Assembly: GCF_006345805.1 (NCBI RefSeq)
Contig: NC_042997.1
Span: 156,674,001 to 156,738,000, forward strand
DNA length: 64,000 nucleotides
Source of the DNA: Octopus sinensis
Lineage: Eukaryota
Direction: 5' to 3'
Shown one piece after another: positions 48,906-62,223 of this stretch (positions are counted from its first letter, which is position 1; each line of letters starts with the position of its first letter). Both the position numbers and the translations under genes were made by a program. Below the pieces are notes generated by a model that was not told the origin of the DNA, made no database searches, and saw only the letters and a list, made by a program, of their open reading frames with translations.

Positions 48906-51760
48906 TGAAAGTTATACTCTTGGAGATGAGGATAATCGTTATATGAATGATTAGTTCCGCTAAAAACAAAAGTAGAGAAAACAGCCCTGAAATTTTAATC
49001 TCCATTGTAGATTACTACAATCCCTTTGATTACTCATAAAAACCTTTCTATATACAGTTAACCTGCTGCTAATTTTGGCCTATGTTATAGTCCCTTAATC
49101 AGGAAATTAATGTGGTAAGAAGCTTGCTTCCCAACCATGTGGTTCAGAGTTCAGTCTCATTGTGTGACACCTTGCACTAATGTCTTGTACTAAAACCTCG
49201 GGTCAACCAAAGCCTTGTGAGTGGATTTGGATGCATTTATATATATATATGTATGTGTGTGCTTTTTTGTGTCCATGTTGTCTCCCACCACCACTTGACA
49301 ATTGGTGTTGGTGTGTTTACATCCCCATAACTTAGATGTTTGGAAAAAGGGACTGATAGAATAAGTATCGGGCTTTTAAAAAATAAGTACTGTGGTTGAT
49401 ACATTCAACTAAAAATTCTTCAAGGCAGTGCTCCAGCATGGCCATAGTCTAATGATCAAAACAAGTAAAAGGTAAAAGGTATACAAGTAATGCTTACATG
49501 GCTATTGTCCTCATATTTGAATTTTAAAGTACAGGAAAGGTCTCTTCACTGGATTTGGCAAACGGTTCCTTATTATAGGAACTCTTCAACCACTAACTGG
49601 AACTTGTTGTGTGACCCTGAGACATTCTATATCCTACCTACTGGCCAGTAGATAGAATTCTTGAGGTCCCCTTAATGACACAACGAAATTGAAGTCAAAC
49701 GAAGCTCATCTGATTGAGATCAGCTGTGCATTATTAATGAGGACATTTAAATTGCCTGCTTTGTGACCTGCGGTCATTTCTGCCCTCATTTTTGGCACCT
49801 CCCCTAATAGGTGATCTCTTTTCTTCAAAGCAATTGATAAGAAACATATCAGTGATTTTTCTTTGTTTCTTTTTTATGATTTTGATCTAAGCTTAGAAGG
49901 CTGGCTAAGATTTTACAAGTGCAAAGGTTATGTTTCAGACCAAAATGAAGTAACAGTAAGACAGAGGGAGAGGGGAGAGAGAGAGAGAGAGAGCAAGGAG
50001 AAGGGTAGGGAGTGAGAGAAAGCAAGGAGAGGGGAGAAAGAGAGAGAGAGAGAAGGAAGAAAGAGAGCAAAAGACACTTGTACTACACTTGCTTGATATG
50101 TAGATAGGGATTTGATAAGCACTTACCTCTGTGTACACAGTGCAAAGAATAAAAGCACAAAAGATTCTGGATTTCAGGCAAACTGATAGGGAATCAGAAC
50201 TTTAAAATGTGCTAGAAGTACAGCAATAATGACTGGTTGGGCTACTCATGAAAAAGTTATAAACTGTTTGAATGACTCACTAGAAAACGTTGATAGTTTC
50301 TTGTTTTCTTATGTAACCTAAATAATCCTGGAGCACTTTTAATGAAAAAATATGAGCCACAATAGAAAGGTGGTGGTGGTGGTGGTGGCAGTGTTGTTAA
50401 CAAAGGCTTCTTTTATATATATATGTATGTATGTATATATATATATATATATAATGGGGATTACATGCTAGAGCTACATGGTAACTGAATACAGAAGTGC
50501 ATAGACATGTAATGTAAGCTGGCTTGAAATGTGGAGCTGATTTGAGATATATCAATGGTGATAGTGGTGGTAGTGGTAGTGATCGTAGTGGTGGTGGTGG
50601 TGGTGATGATTATGATGAGCATTGATATCCCATTTACAAATAACTCTTGAGAAATTTTCAAATCAACCACGAGTTCATGTTTGTGGTATAGCCCCCAGGT
50701 CAACCACACTTGAGTAGGCCTATGACTGAAGGCGTTCTAGCCATAACTTTTCCATCGTTTTAGGAGTATTTGAAGTATACTATCCATCATGTTCCTTATT
50801 TTGTTTAAGTTGGCAAGGTATGTTTTGAGGACTATTTAGCTGCTGTTTCTCCCAGGTGAAGCAACCTTGTAGACACTCTCATTTTCTCAACTCAAATGCA
50901 GGAAGATGTAAGCTTGTTAATTAAAGATAAAATATTGTGGTCTGACCATATTAGGGCAATATCTGGTGTTTGTTTGCAAGTAAAGAACAACTATGGACAT
51001 GTTTCAGTCTATTTTCATATTTTGCTTTTATACTTTCTACATTATATCTAATTTCTTGTAAATCTCTCCCTCTCCAGAATAACTTCTAAAAAAAATGAAC
51101 TCTACTAATTCCTTCTATTGAAGCTCTTTTAAATTGTCTCAGATGATGGGATATCATTTATTTCCCTGAAACAACTGTAAGACCACATTTCTATTTATAA
51201 ATATTCTATGAATATCAAATTGCTTTGGCCTTGTTATCTTACTTTATTTAATACTAGCAGTAATACCTGTCATTGATCAGGTAATTACTTTAACTCTTTC
51301 TTGGGAGCCACATTCAAAGTGTTATTATATATATATTTACTCCTCCTGTATGTGTGTTTTTTGTAAGAAAAAAACATGTAATAATTGAAGTAGAAAAAAT
51401 ATAAATTTCATACATGAACTTCTGTTTGTTTATTATATGACAACAATACGCAAGTTGTATGCATTATTTTATATATCAATACAGTAATAGCAATTATATT
51501 ATACACAAGGCTTTGATTGGCATGGAGCTGTAATGAAAGAGAATTGTCTAATGTGCCACACTGTGGGACTGAACCCAAGGCAACATGGTTGGAAAACAAG
51601 CTTCTCAACAACACAGCCATACTTATAAAGGAGAGATACATTTTGTATAATGTAATCCTTGATACAATATGCTTAACAAAAGATAGGATGTTTACGGCAA
51701 GAAGATCTTTGATTTTAATATTTACTCGTGCAACACAACCACTAACAATGCTGCACCATA

Positions 51761-52228
51761 CAGGATGTTCCAGAATTAACTATCTGTTTCAATGAAATTG
51801 AGCAAATTTTAAAAAAACTGACAGAATTTTATTATGAAAACAAATAGATTTATAAATCTTATGTCAAACTTTTATTGAAAATTTTCAATATGTCTGTATC
51901 CCTGCATACTTCAAATCTCTCCCTAGCATTGTGAAACACATTTTGAAGCATTTCAGGAGTTAGCGCGTGCACTGCTAACTGAATGTGTTCTTTAAGCTCA
52001 GCTGAACGATTGCTCCATCTTGGGGATGGAGATAAAGAAAATGATTGTTGCTATATTGAAAAAAAGTTGTGGACAAATAAGAGTCCATCAAGAATAAAAA
52101 TAAAATTATAAGCAAAATTCACAATTTATACATTTTTAACATATTAAACATAATAAACATAAATAAAAGTGAGTTTTAAAAAATGCATCCAATTTCACTC
52201 AAATCATCATTAATTCTGGGACACCCTG
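51761..52228 (-). mobile_element. Tc1/mariner deletion derivative (MITE-like), TA TSD
   Basis: TIRs caggatgttccagaattaa / ttaattctgggacaccctg with TA at 51759-60 and 52229-30. Internal minus-strand ELKEHIQLAVHALTPEMLQNVFHNARERFEVC resembles a transposase C-terminus. Confidence 0.8.
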
Positions 52229-54959
52229 TATTTACTTGTCTGGTTAAACAGGGGAGGGAATACATAGGGGGACTAATTGCAGGTGGCGAGCATAGTTTCC
52301 GGAAGTGGTCATGCAGTTGAACTCAAATGGCTGTGAATCACAACAGTGAGCAGCTTGTTTTTTTGTATGAACATTTTGCATTGTATAGTTCAGACATGGA
52401 TGACATACAAAGCAGACATGCTGCCGAGCCATGCTGTGTTGTGCAGGACTGGAAATGTGAAACATCAACAAGGCACTTCTGGAGAATGGATGAATGGGTT
52501 TATTGTGCCTTTACCCATCTGCACACACATGCACATGGTCTGGTGGTGCGTGGGATGGTAACATGAAGCATCAACAGGGCGCTGAAAAATATTTTAATTT
52601 TATTCTTATTTTACCTGCCAAATTGAACAAAAAAGTTTTTATGAAATATTATGCACTACATACGCTATTTATAATGCATAAGTAGTGTCAATACTTTATT
52701 ATTGGAAAATGGCCTAAAACAAAGATAAAATCCAGTGCAGTATACTCAAATCTGATTAATCTGCATTTTTAGGGGTTCCATAGTCAGCATTGGAAATTCC
52801 TTTAGTCAACAGCAATTCAAGGAGCCTGATTAATGCTTGTTGCAAATTTGGAAGAAAGCGACTGGATACTCTTCAATTTATGGGCCTTAATGCCACAAAA
52901 ATGCTTTAAAAATGTGGCTTATTTACCCATGGGACCGCATTAGGCCAGAAATTGAAAATCTTTTTAGCCCATGACAATCCACAGACTATGTAAAACATTT
53001 CATTGAAATTGGTTGTGTGGATCTCAAGTTTTAACGACATGACAAACACAGACACACATCCTGTGTTTTATATATATATATATATATATATATTACTAGT
53101 TTCAGCTTGAAAGCTGTGGCCATGCTGGGGCACCAGATGGCTACAGTGAATGGAGTTAAAAAAATGTGAATCTACACCGTTCCAAACATGTTCATAAATC
53201 TATATGTATGCAGTCATGCATTCATATATATTATGTGTAAATGTTTTTGAGAACACCTCCCATTTTAAGATAATCAATTCTATTCTGTGCCAGGCTAAAC
53301 CCAGTTAATAGTAAGGGAGAGTATGGAATAATATGGTTTACCATTGCTGATGTGTACTTGCTTAATATAGCCAAAAGTTTGTTCAACAAACTTTCAGTTT
53401 GTAATTGGCTATAACTTTTGATTGGTTAAAATCAAGTATGTGAGAACAGTGAAACTAAAATATTGCTTGTATTAGTTTGCCATAAAACTATCAACTATTT
53501 CAACAGCACGGAATTTTGTCAGTGAACAGGTTATGGTCTCAAAGCGACGAAAATATTTTGACAAATTAAATTTAATGTTGAAGTGAATCTAACGGATTTT
53601 GTGTGTTTCTTAAATGGCTTATAAACACCTTCCATGCTGCAATTGTTTTCATTCCAGCACACGATCTCAGATCAGGTCACTTGCTATGCAAGTACATCTC
53701 CGTAATATCAAGTATTTCGTTATTGATTTCTGACATTGACACAAATCAACACATTTTGAGATAGAGATAGAAAGCATATAAATTAATTTTGAGAGGTTAA
53801 TTCTTAACTTCTTAAGTTATCTTCCTTTTTGTTTGAGAATCGCTCACAACTACTGCTGGATTTTTGTTTATGATTAAGAATTTTTCACCTATGACATTCA
53901 ATATGACTTATCCCTAAACTTATTTATACAAATTATACTGGCCCCTACCTCAATAAATGACAAGAAACCAGGAGATATGGTGATTTGTTGTACTTGAAAA
54001 GACATGTCAGGCTAAGTAAAATCACTGTCTTCCACACATACAGGCTTGCCCTTTCAGGTGCCAGAGCTACTTAAAGGCACCTGTGCCTGTGCTGTGTAAA
54101 CACACCTGTGCTGGTGGCATGTAAAAAGCACTCCTTATACTCTTGGAGTAGTTGGCTTTAAGAAGGGCATCCAGCCATAGAAACCATGCCACAACAGACA
54201 ACTGCAGTTTGGACAGCTCCCAGTTAACCAGCTCCATGTCAAACCGTCAAACCCATGCCAGCATGGAAAGTGGATGTTCAACAATGATGATGATGATGCC
54301 TTTCACTGGCCAAGGATAATCTGTAACACAATTTTTTATATTTAAATATTTTTGCCAAATCATCAAGCAGGCTTTCTTAAATTATATTATGCTGATGAAG
54401 TCTAACAGACTGGAACATACCCATAGTTGTCCCATGCTTGCTACCAAAATCAGATTTTCCTTCTTCTAAGTGTGCAGAATTAGTAAATTTTTATTTTCTT
54501 TCCTCAACTGAATGAAAATTTTATTATGAATTTTTGTAAGCATAGTATTCAGTACAACACCTCTTACTTAGTTAAACCTACTACTGAGACTAGTAGAGCA
54601 TAAAAAAGATATAATTATATCTTTCCCTCCTTGAACTAACAAAGTAAAATTTGTGACCTAGAAAATATATTGACTATGACAAACTTTTAGTGATGTGGAT
54701 CATTTAAAAATTTCACCTTTTACTTTTTAAGAATTCATTCACAAATGTGATTAAACCGACTCTGATGCTTCCATCCCCTTCCCCCTGGCGTCCAGGCTAC
54801 CGATGTCCAGAGATGAAATGCTTATTTTAGTGAAATAAATTATTATTGTTATTTGTTCGGAGATTCTTGTTCCCGCTATTTTCCTTTCTACAACTATGTA
54901 AGGAATTGTGAGGCACCCATCAAGTGCCAACCTCACTTTCTACAATAGTATTAAATCTT

Positions 54960-55262
54960 ATACATACATACATACATACATACATACATACATACATACA
55001 TACATACACACATACATACATACATACATTCATACATACATACATACATACAGACAGGCAGACACATACATACAGATGTACATACATGCATGCACACACA
55101 CATACACACATACATACATACATACATACATACATACATACAAGTATATATGTGTATGTATGTATGTGTGTGTATGTATGGATGTATGTGTGGTTGTATG
55201 CATGGATGTATGTATGTGTGTGTATATGTATTTGACTGCATGTATGTTTGTGTGTATGTGTA
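54960..55262. repeat. (TACA)n followed by (TATG/TGTA)n compound microsatellite
   Basis: Directly visible; the two halves are mutually complementary. Confidence 0.9.
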
Positions 55263-56880
55263 TTATATTGTTTATAAATCTATAGTAGCCCTACCTATTT
55301 TATAATAATATACAATAATTACCACATTTTTTCGCTGTTTAATCTACATCATATTCCAACTATCTCTCAAACGAGCCAATAATGGAGCCTCTAAGCATTA
55401 TTTAACCTACTTGATATAACAGCTAAATCTATCTCAAACCACATCCTAATATTTGAGGCCAAAGGGATGGCAGGTAAGTTGATCTCAGCAGAATTTGAAT
55501 TCAGAATGTAAAGATGGATGAAATGCCGCTAAGCATTTTGCCCCATGTGCTAATGATTCTGCCATCTCGTTGCCTTAATTTCTACATATTGATAAATATT
55601 TCATCATCATCATCATCATCATCATCGTTTACCGTCTGCTTTCAATGCTAACATGGGTTGGACGATTTGACTGAGGACTGGCGAACCAGATGGTTGCACA
55701 AGGCTCCAATCTGATCTGGCAGAGTTTCTACAGCTGGATGCCCTTCCTAATGCCAACCACTCGGAGAGTGTAGTGGGTGTTTTTACATGCCACCTGCACG
55801 GAAGCCAGTCAGGCAGTACTGGCAATGGTCATGCTCAAATGGTGTTTTCTACATGCTACTTGCACAGGAGCCAGTCCAGTGACACTGGCACTGACCTCGC
55901 TTGACTGTTTTTTCATGTGCCAGTAAGGTGATACTGGTAACGATCACGCTTGAATGGTGTTTTTTATGTGCCACCGGCACCAAATATTTATTGAGGACAT
56001 TCTTATGATTTTTATAAGTTCACACTTGGTGAATGATTTTTCATTTTCCTAAAGAAAAGTCTTATACTTTTATTAATGATTGAGTTGGAAGAGAAAATAA
56101 GACAGTATATTTTTTATACATATGCACTCAAAATATATATTTACATGTGCATGCATATACTTGTACCTGGGTACTCATATATATTTGTACACATATAATT
56201 GTGTTCTCATATGTATTTGTACATATATTCCTATGTATATATACATCATCAGCATTATCATTCAATGTCTGTTTTCCATGCTAGCATGGGTTGGACAGTT
56301 TGATAGGAGCTGACAAGTCAGAAGACTGCGCAAGTCTCTAGTGGTTGCTTTAGCATGGTTTCTACACACACAAGCACGTGTGTGCACAGATGCGTGCGTA
56401 TGTGTGTGTGTGTACACACGTGCACACATGTACTCGTACTTATGTTATTTTTTAGTGATGAGTAACAAAATGTTGTTGTTTAGCCTCAAGTCAGCTATAC
56501 ATAGGCATATTGTCAGAAATCTTCCATGCATATATATTTTGTATTTTTGTATATCTAGGATTACATAGTCAAGCAGTTCTTTTTTGAAAGGATGGGTGAG
56601 TGTGATTCCAGGAAGATTTGGCTGCTGTTTCTAGCAAGTTGAGTAGCCATGTGGAGTCTTTCCTATATCAAAATGTAGTTTGAAAAGCTCACTAAAAAAT
56701 ATTATAAATTTGGATGATTTATTTGACCAATCTATTATTTCCTCTGTTTGGTACATGTTTACAATATATATGTCAAAACTATTTTATTTTATTCAATTAT
56801 TCTGTCATTTTACAGGAAGCAGTGAATTCATTCTAATGGTGTGACTAAAAATGAGAAGAAAAATATTTTAGTGATTGTCA

Positions 56881-57108
56881 TTTACTCTTTTACTTGTTTC
56901 AGTCATTTGACTGTGGCCATGCTGGAGCACCGCCTTTAGTCGAGCAAATCGATCCCAGGACTTATTCTTTGTAAGCCTAGTACTTATTCTATCAGTCTCT
57001 TTTGCCGAACCACTAAGTTACGGGGATGTAAACACATCAGCATCGGTTGTCAAGTGATGTTGGGGGGGGGGGACAAACACAGGCATACAAACATATACAC
57101 ACACATAC

Positions 57109-57140
<32 letters not shown>

Positions 57141-57470
57141 CATCATCATCATCATCATCGTTTAACATCCGCTTTCCATGCTAGCATGGACTGGACGACT
57201 TTGCCTGAGGGCTGGCGAACTAGATGGCTGCACCAGGCTCCAATCTTGATCTGGCAGAGTTTCTACAGCTGGATGCCCTTCCTAATGCCAACTACTCCGA
57301 GACGGGTTTCTTTCAGTTTCTATCTACCAAATCCACTCACAAAGCTTTGGTCGGCCTGAGGCTATAGTAGAAGACACTTGCCCAAGGTGCCATGCAGTGG
57401 GACTGAACCTGGAACCATGTGGTTCATAAGCAAGCTACTTACCACACAGCCACTCCTATGCCTACTTAAT
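56881..57470 (-). mobile_element. SINE family A copy with an RTE-tail fragment nested in its (TA)n
   Basis: SINE tail 56881-57100 and head 57301-57470 separated by (CAT)n...ctactccga (57140-57300). Confidence 0.8.
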
Positions 57471-58149
57471 GACAAAATTTTCTCACAATAGCAGCATTTT
57501 TAATCTTTTTCTTTTACTTGTTTCAGTCATTGGACTGCAGCCACATTGGGGTACTGCCTTGAAGGGTTTAGCTCAAAGATCAATCCCAGTGCTTATTTTA
57601 AAATTTAGTACTTATTCCATTGGTTACTTTTGCCAAACCACTAAGTTAGGCAATGTAAACAGACCAACACTGGTTATCAAGTGGTAATAGTGAACAAACA
57701 CAGCACAAACAAAAACCCTGTCTCCCAGTTATAATCAGCAGCAGAGTCAATGTGTGTCACTCATTGCAACAGTAACAACAGGTATCCCTTAATAGAAGTA
57801 CGACCCCATCCAATTTTTAGGTTGGGGATTAGATGGAAACTGAAAAGATAGGAAAAAAACCAAAGCAAAGAAACAAGGCAATAAAATAGTACATGGAATT
57901 CACTTCCCGTGAAGAAGAGATCAATGTTGAGGAAGAATGCATTGCCTATGAAAGGGAGTACATTTCCTGCGAAGAGGAACAAACCTTCACCCTAAATGAA
58001 ATGAAATTGACAGTCCTTTTGCTAGACTAACAAAGATCTGATATCTTTATCTTTTATTTGTGCCACCTCTCAGCTTACCAGCCCTGGTCAAACTTCCATC
58101 CCATGGCAGCATGGACAACAGACGTTAAATGATGATGATAATATATATG

Positions 58150-58193
<44 letters not shown>

Positions 58194-58194
58194 A

Positions 58195-58302
58195 TTCTTT
58201 ATTTGTAAATTAAGGCTACCATTGGTTTCATGTTAAGAAGAGTAGGAAAATATTTTCTTCTTAACATGAAAGCAATGGTAGCCTTAATTCACAAATAAAG
58301 AA
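58195..58302. repeat. Hairpin, 47-bp stem with 2 mismatches, 14-nt loop
   Basis: 58195-58241 pairs with 58256-58302; flanked by (TA)n-rich sequence. Confidence 0.95.
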
Positions 58303-58844
58303 ATTATATATCCACCGATGTGGTGTTGAGCACTCATTTCATTGTTCTACATTTACGTGCGTGTGTGTATGTGTGTGTATATATATATTTATATATATAT
58401 ATATATCATCCAGCCCATGCCAGCATAGAAAACAGATATTAAATGACGACAATGATGATGATGATGATGATGATGACATATGATGGGCTTCTTTCAGTTT
58501 TTGTTAACCAAATCCACTCACAAGGTTTTGACTTGTCTGAGGCTATGGTGGAAGACTCTTGCCCAAGTTACCACAGAGTAGGACTCAACTTCTTACTACA
58601 CAGCAAGGCTTGATATTTTTGAATGAAATGCACTTACAATTTCTAGAACAAGTATGGTGGTCAGGAAAGGAGTGGAACCACATTACAAAAAGTATAAAAA
58701 AAGACATAATATTAGCACAAATTTCCAACAGATATTACCAAGTGTTATAAGTCAATGATCCAATCCACAGGATGTAAGCTCTCACTCACTCACTGTAACT
58801 CAAGAGCTCCTCTTGAAATATCCTGAAATCATAAGGTATATAAT

Positions 58845-60118
58845 ATAATGAAATTATTGTATACAGTGCTCAGGTGCATCACAACTTGTCAGAAAGTGCA
58901 TATAAAGTACATGCAGTAGTGTAGAAATGTCTGGAAAGTGAACATGCTTGTGTGTGTATGGAGGGGAGAAAATCAAGTGTAGTGTTGGCGAATCTCAGGA
59001 AGCATGGCAGTCTTGAAGGATGCAGTGCTCCGACAACTAACAACCGATGTCGGCAGTTTGTTCCACGCTTCAGCAACTCTCAGTGTGAAAAAATGTTTCC
59101 TGAAGTCATGGGAGCTGTGCTGTTTTCTTACTTTGTAAATATGTCCACGGGTGTTAGATGGGTGGAGTTTGAAGAGGTGCTCAGAGTTATTGTTTGTGCG
59201 ATGGTTGATAATTTTATGGGTGTCTGCCAAGTCAGCTGCCAGACGTTGGAGTTTCAATGTGTCCATGCCCAGGGAAGTAAGGCGTTCAGGATATGGCAAA
59301 TGCCTGATGGAGGGTATTCTTTTGGTTGCACGTCGCTGAACAGCTTCCAGACGATTGATGTCCTGGGCAAGATAGGGGTTCCAGACCGGTGATGCAAATT
59401 CCTGGTGAGGTCTTACCATAGCTATATAAAGCCACAGATAGATAGCCGGAGAGCGGCTCACAAAGGATTTGGTGAGTGATGCCAAGACACCCTCAGCCTT
59501 CTTGACAATTTTAGCGATGTGTTTTGTCCAACGCAAATCACTGTTGACAATAACACCCAGGTCACGTTCACTTGAAGACTTTTTGAGACTAGTGTTGTGG
59601 AGGGAGTAGGTGGACGCTGGGTTTCTCCTCCCAAAATGCATGGTGGTACATTTGTCCACAGCCAGCTTGAGTTGCCAGTCCATGATTCACTGTTGCATTG
59701 TGTCCAGGTCTGCTTGCAATAGAGATCCATAGTGTATAGGATTTGACCTCTTTATTTCGAGGTACAGCTTGATGTCATCTGCATATTTCAGCACTGTGGA
59801 ATTCTTTAAGTTGGCATCTATGTCATTAACATATGCAACAAATAAAAGGGGGCCAAGAACAGATCCCTGCGGCACACCAGATGTCATCTCATAGGGCGAA
59901 GAGTGCTGTCCTAGAACTGTGACAACCTCTTTTCGGCCGAAAATAAAGGACTTTAACCAGTTATAGAGTTCGTCTCTTACACCCAACGCAGAAAGCTGCA
60001 CCATAAGTCTTTTGTGTGGCACAGAGTTAAAGGCCTTAGCAAAGTCCAGGTAAACAACATCCACCCAGGATCCGCGATCAGTGATTTGGGTAACGTCCTC
60101 AAGAAACTCGATGAGTAT
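58845..60118 (-). mobile_element. 5'-truncated CR1/L2-type LINE (RT to 3'UTR)
   Basis: YLDFAKAFNSVPH, SGVPQGSVLGPLLF, KYADDIKL, ERDLGV, RPHQEFASPVWNPY, LEAVQRRATK, LRVAEAWNKLP. The two track ORFs (59687-60124, 58973-59683) are in the same frame, separated by one TGA. Confidence 0.93.
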
Positions 60119-61414
60119 GAACAATTCAGAGAGAGAGAGGAAGTGGAAAAGTTGTTTTTTTCCAAAAAAAAGCTAGACAATATTTAAATTATATACATAC
60201 ACAGGTGCAGGAATAGCTGTGTGGTAAGTAGCTTGCTTACCAACCACATGGTTCTAGGTTCAATCCCATTGCGTAGCACCTTAGGCAAGTGCTTCAACAA
60301 TAGCCTGGGGCTGACCAAAGCTTTGTGAGTGGATTTGGTAGATGGAAACTGAAAGAAGCCCTTCGTATATATATATAAAGTCATTATTAAGAAAATCGGC
60401 ATTTTTTTCTATTTGCTGCTGATAAAAAACTGCATTCCTCCACCTCCTGCCCCACCTCCTCCTGTCCCTGCTCCTTCCTCCTGCCTCTCCTTTGCTGCTG
60501 CTACCATCACTGTCATCATTTAACATTTGCCTTCCCTGCTGGCATGAGTTGGATGGTTTGGCAGGAGCAAGCAAGCCAAGGGACTGCACCAAGCTCAACC
60601 GTCTGTTTTAGCATGGAAACTGTAGTAAAGCATCAAAGTCCTTGCTATTAGCTATGAACATTTCCTCATGGCCAGACATATTTTCCCTAGAAGACTGGAA
60701 ATTAGCAAAATCACTTGTGTGACAGTGATCCTTGTTAATAACCATCATGATATCAAAACAAGGGTCCATAGAAACACATACACGCATCACACACAAACAC
60801 ACACACATACACACACATGTATGTGTATATGTCACTAAATCTTAGAGGTTGAAGAAATGAGACTGATAGAATAAGTACTCTTTTTTTGAAAAAAAAATGT
60901 ATTGGAGTTGATTTGTACCTCTTCAAGGAGGATAGGCAGGAGGAGGAGGGGCAGGAGGAGGTGGGGCAGAAAAGTTTATAATATTAAATAAATAGGTAAT
61001 TAATTATTGCAACATAAAATATATAAGTTTCTATTAAGCAAAAGGTAGAATTATTATCTGTAGTTTTTATTCTTTATTTATCCATTAAGCATAATGTAGA
61101 ATTCTTGTCTGCAGTTTTTGTTCTTTAGATATCCAGTGTTGTCATCAATTTTAGTTGATAAATATACTAATTTTCTACATTAGTATGGTATTTTTTATAT
61201 TTGATTTTTATAAACTTAATTAGTTATTCAATGACGTCGCTCTTGATTGAATGAATGTCTAAAGTTAAATTTGGTTTGGCATTTCTTTTTGCTAATGTTT
61301 TTTAACAGCTAAAATTTTTTCAGAATTTTACCAATTTGGATTACCTTGATAATGTTGTGTTGACATAAATTTTCGTGCATATTATTATTAAATTTTAATA
61401 ATATTATGTATATA

Positions 61415-61810
61415 TCTTTATATATTAAAGAGAGGTTGTGTGCTGTCTGTCTCCTACGATTTAGATTCCTAACTACTCCCACATTTTGCAGTGCAGTTTA
61501 ACCAAAACCGGGCATCTTATAGTCATGATTCATATTGAGCCCTTCTGGGTATTAGCGCGCATCTACAATGAGTCTACGATTTAAAAAAAAAATTACCATC
61601 AATTTTTCCCATTTTTAATACATTTTTGGCATATATAAGGGAAGTAACTCTCTAAAAATTTATTATTAAATCTCAGAACGTAAAAAGCTACAGTAACACC
61701 CCCCCTTTGTGGTTAGCCATATTGAGATGGCTATTATACTTCACATCTTTAAAAATGCTTATATAGTTATTTCCCTTACAAACCCGAGCAACGCCGGGCG
61801 ATACTGCTAG
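61415..61810 (+). mobile_element. Non-autonomous Helitron
   Basis: A|TCTTTATATATT 5' end; subterminal GC hairpin cccg-agcaacgc-cggg (61783-61798); CTAG|T 3' end. Confidence 0.8.
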
Positions 61811-61931
61811 TATATATATATATATATATATCCGTAATAATGAAGGGTGAAATTAATTAATTTGGAATAATTATCAATTACACCAAGTAGTCTTCGGCAT
61901 GTAAAAGCCTCATTCGAGGAAAATTTAAGTA

Positions 61932-62166
61932 ATACTAAGCAATAAGGTTTAGCAACGAATTGCCTTACCACATACCGAATTTAGAAATAGCAGTCAAAGG
62001 GTATAGCTATTTCTTCTACTAAAAAGGGAGATCTCAGTAAAAACAGCAATTGCTGTTTTTACTGAGATCTCCCTTTTTAGTAGAAGAAATAGCTATAACC
62101 CTTTGACTGCTATTTCTAAATTCGGTATGTGGTAAGGCAATTCGTTGCTAAACCCTTATTGCTTAG

Positions 62167-62169
<3 letters not shown>
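61932..62169. repeat. 238-bp spacerless palindrome
   Basis: Centre cagcaa|ttgctg at 62049/62050. Arms of 118 and 120 nt are reverse complements apart from two 1-nt indels. Confidence 0.97.

Positions 62170-62223
<54 letters not shown>

Noticed and set aside
52244-52600. Cys/His-containing ORF, duplicated GN(V/M)KHQQG motif and a CCGGAAGTG ETS-like site
   Set aside because: Spacing does not fit a C2H2 finger; a single short motif and a diverged duplication are not enough to call a gene or promoter.
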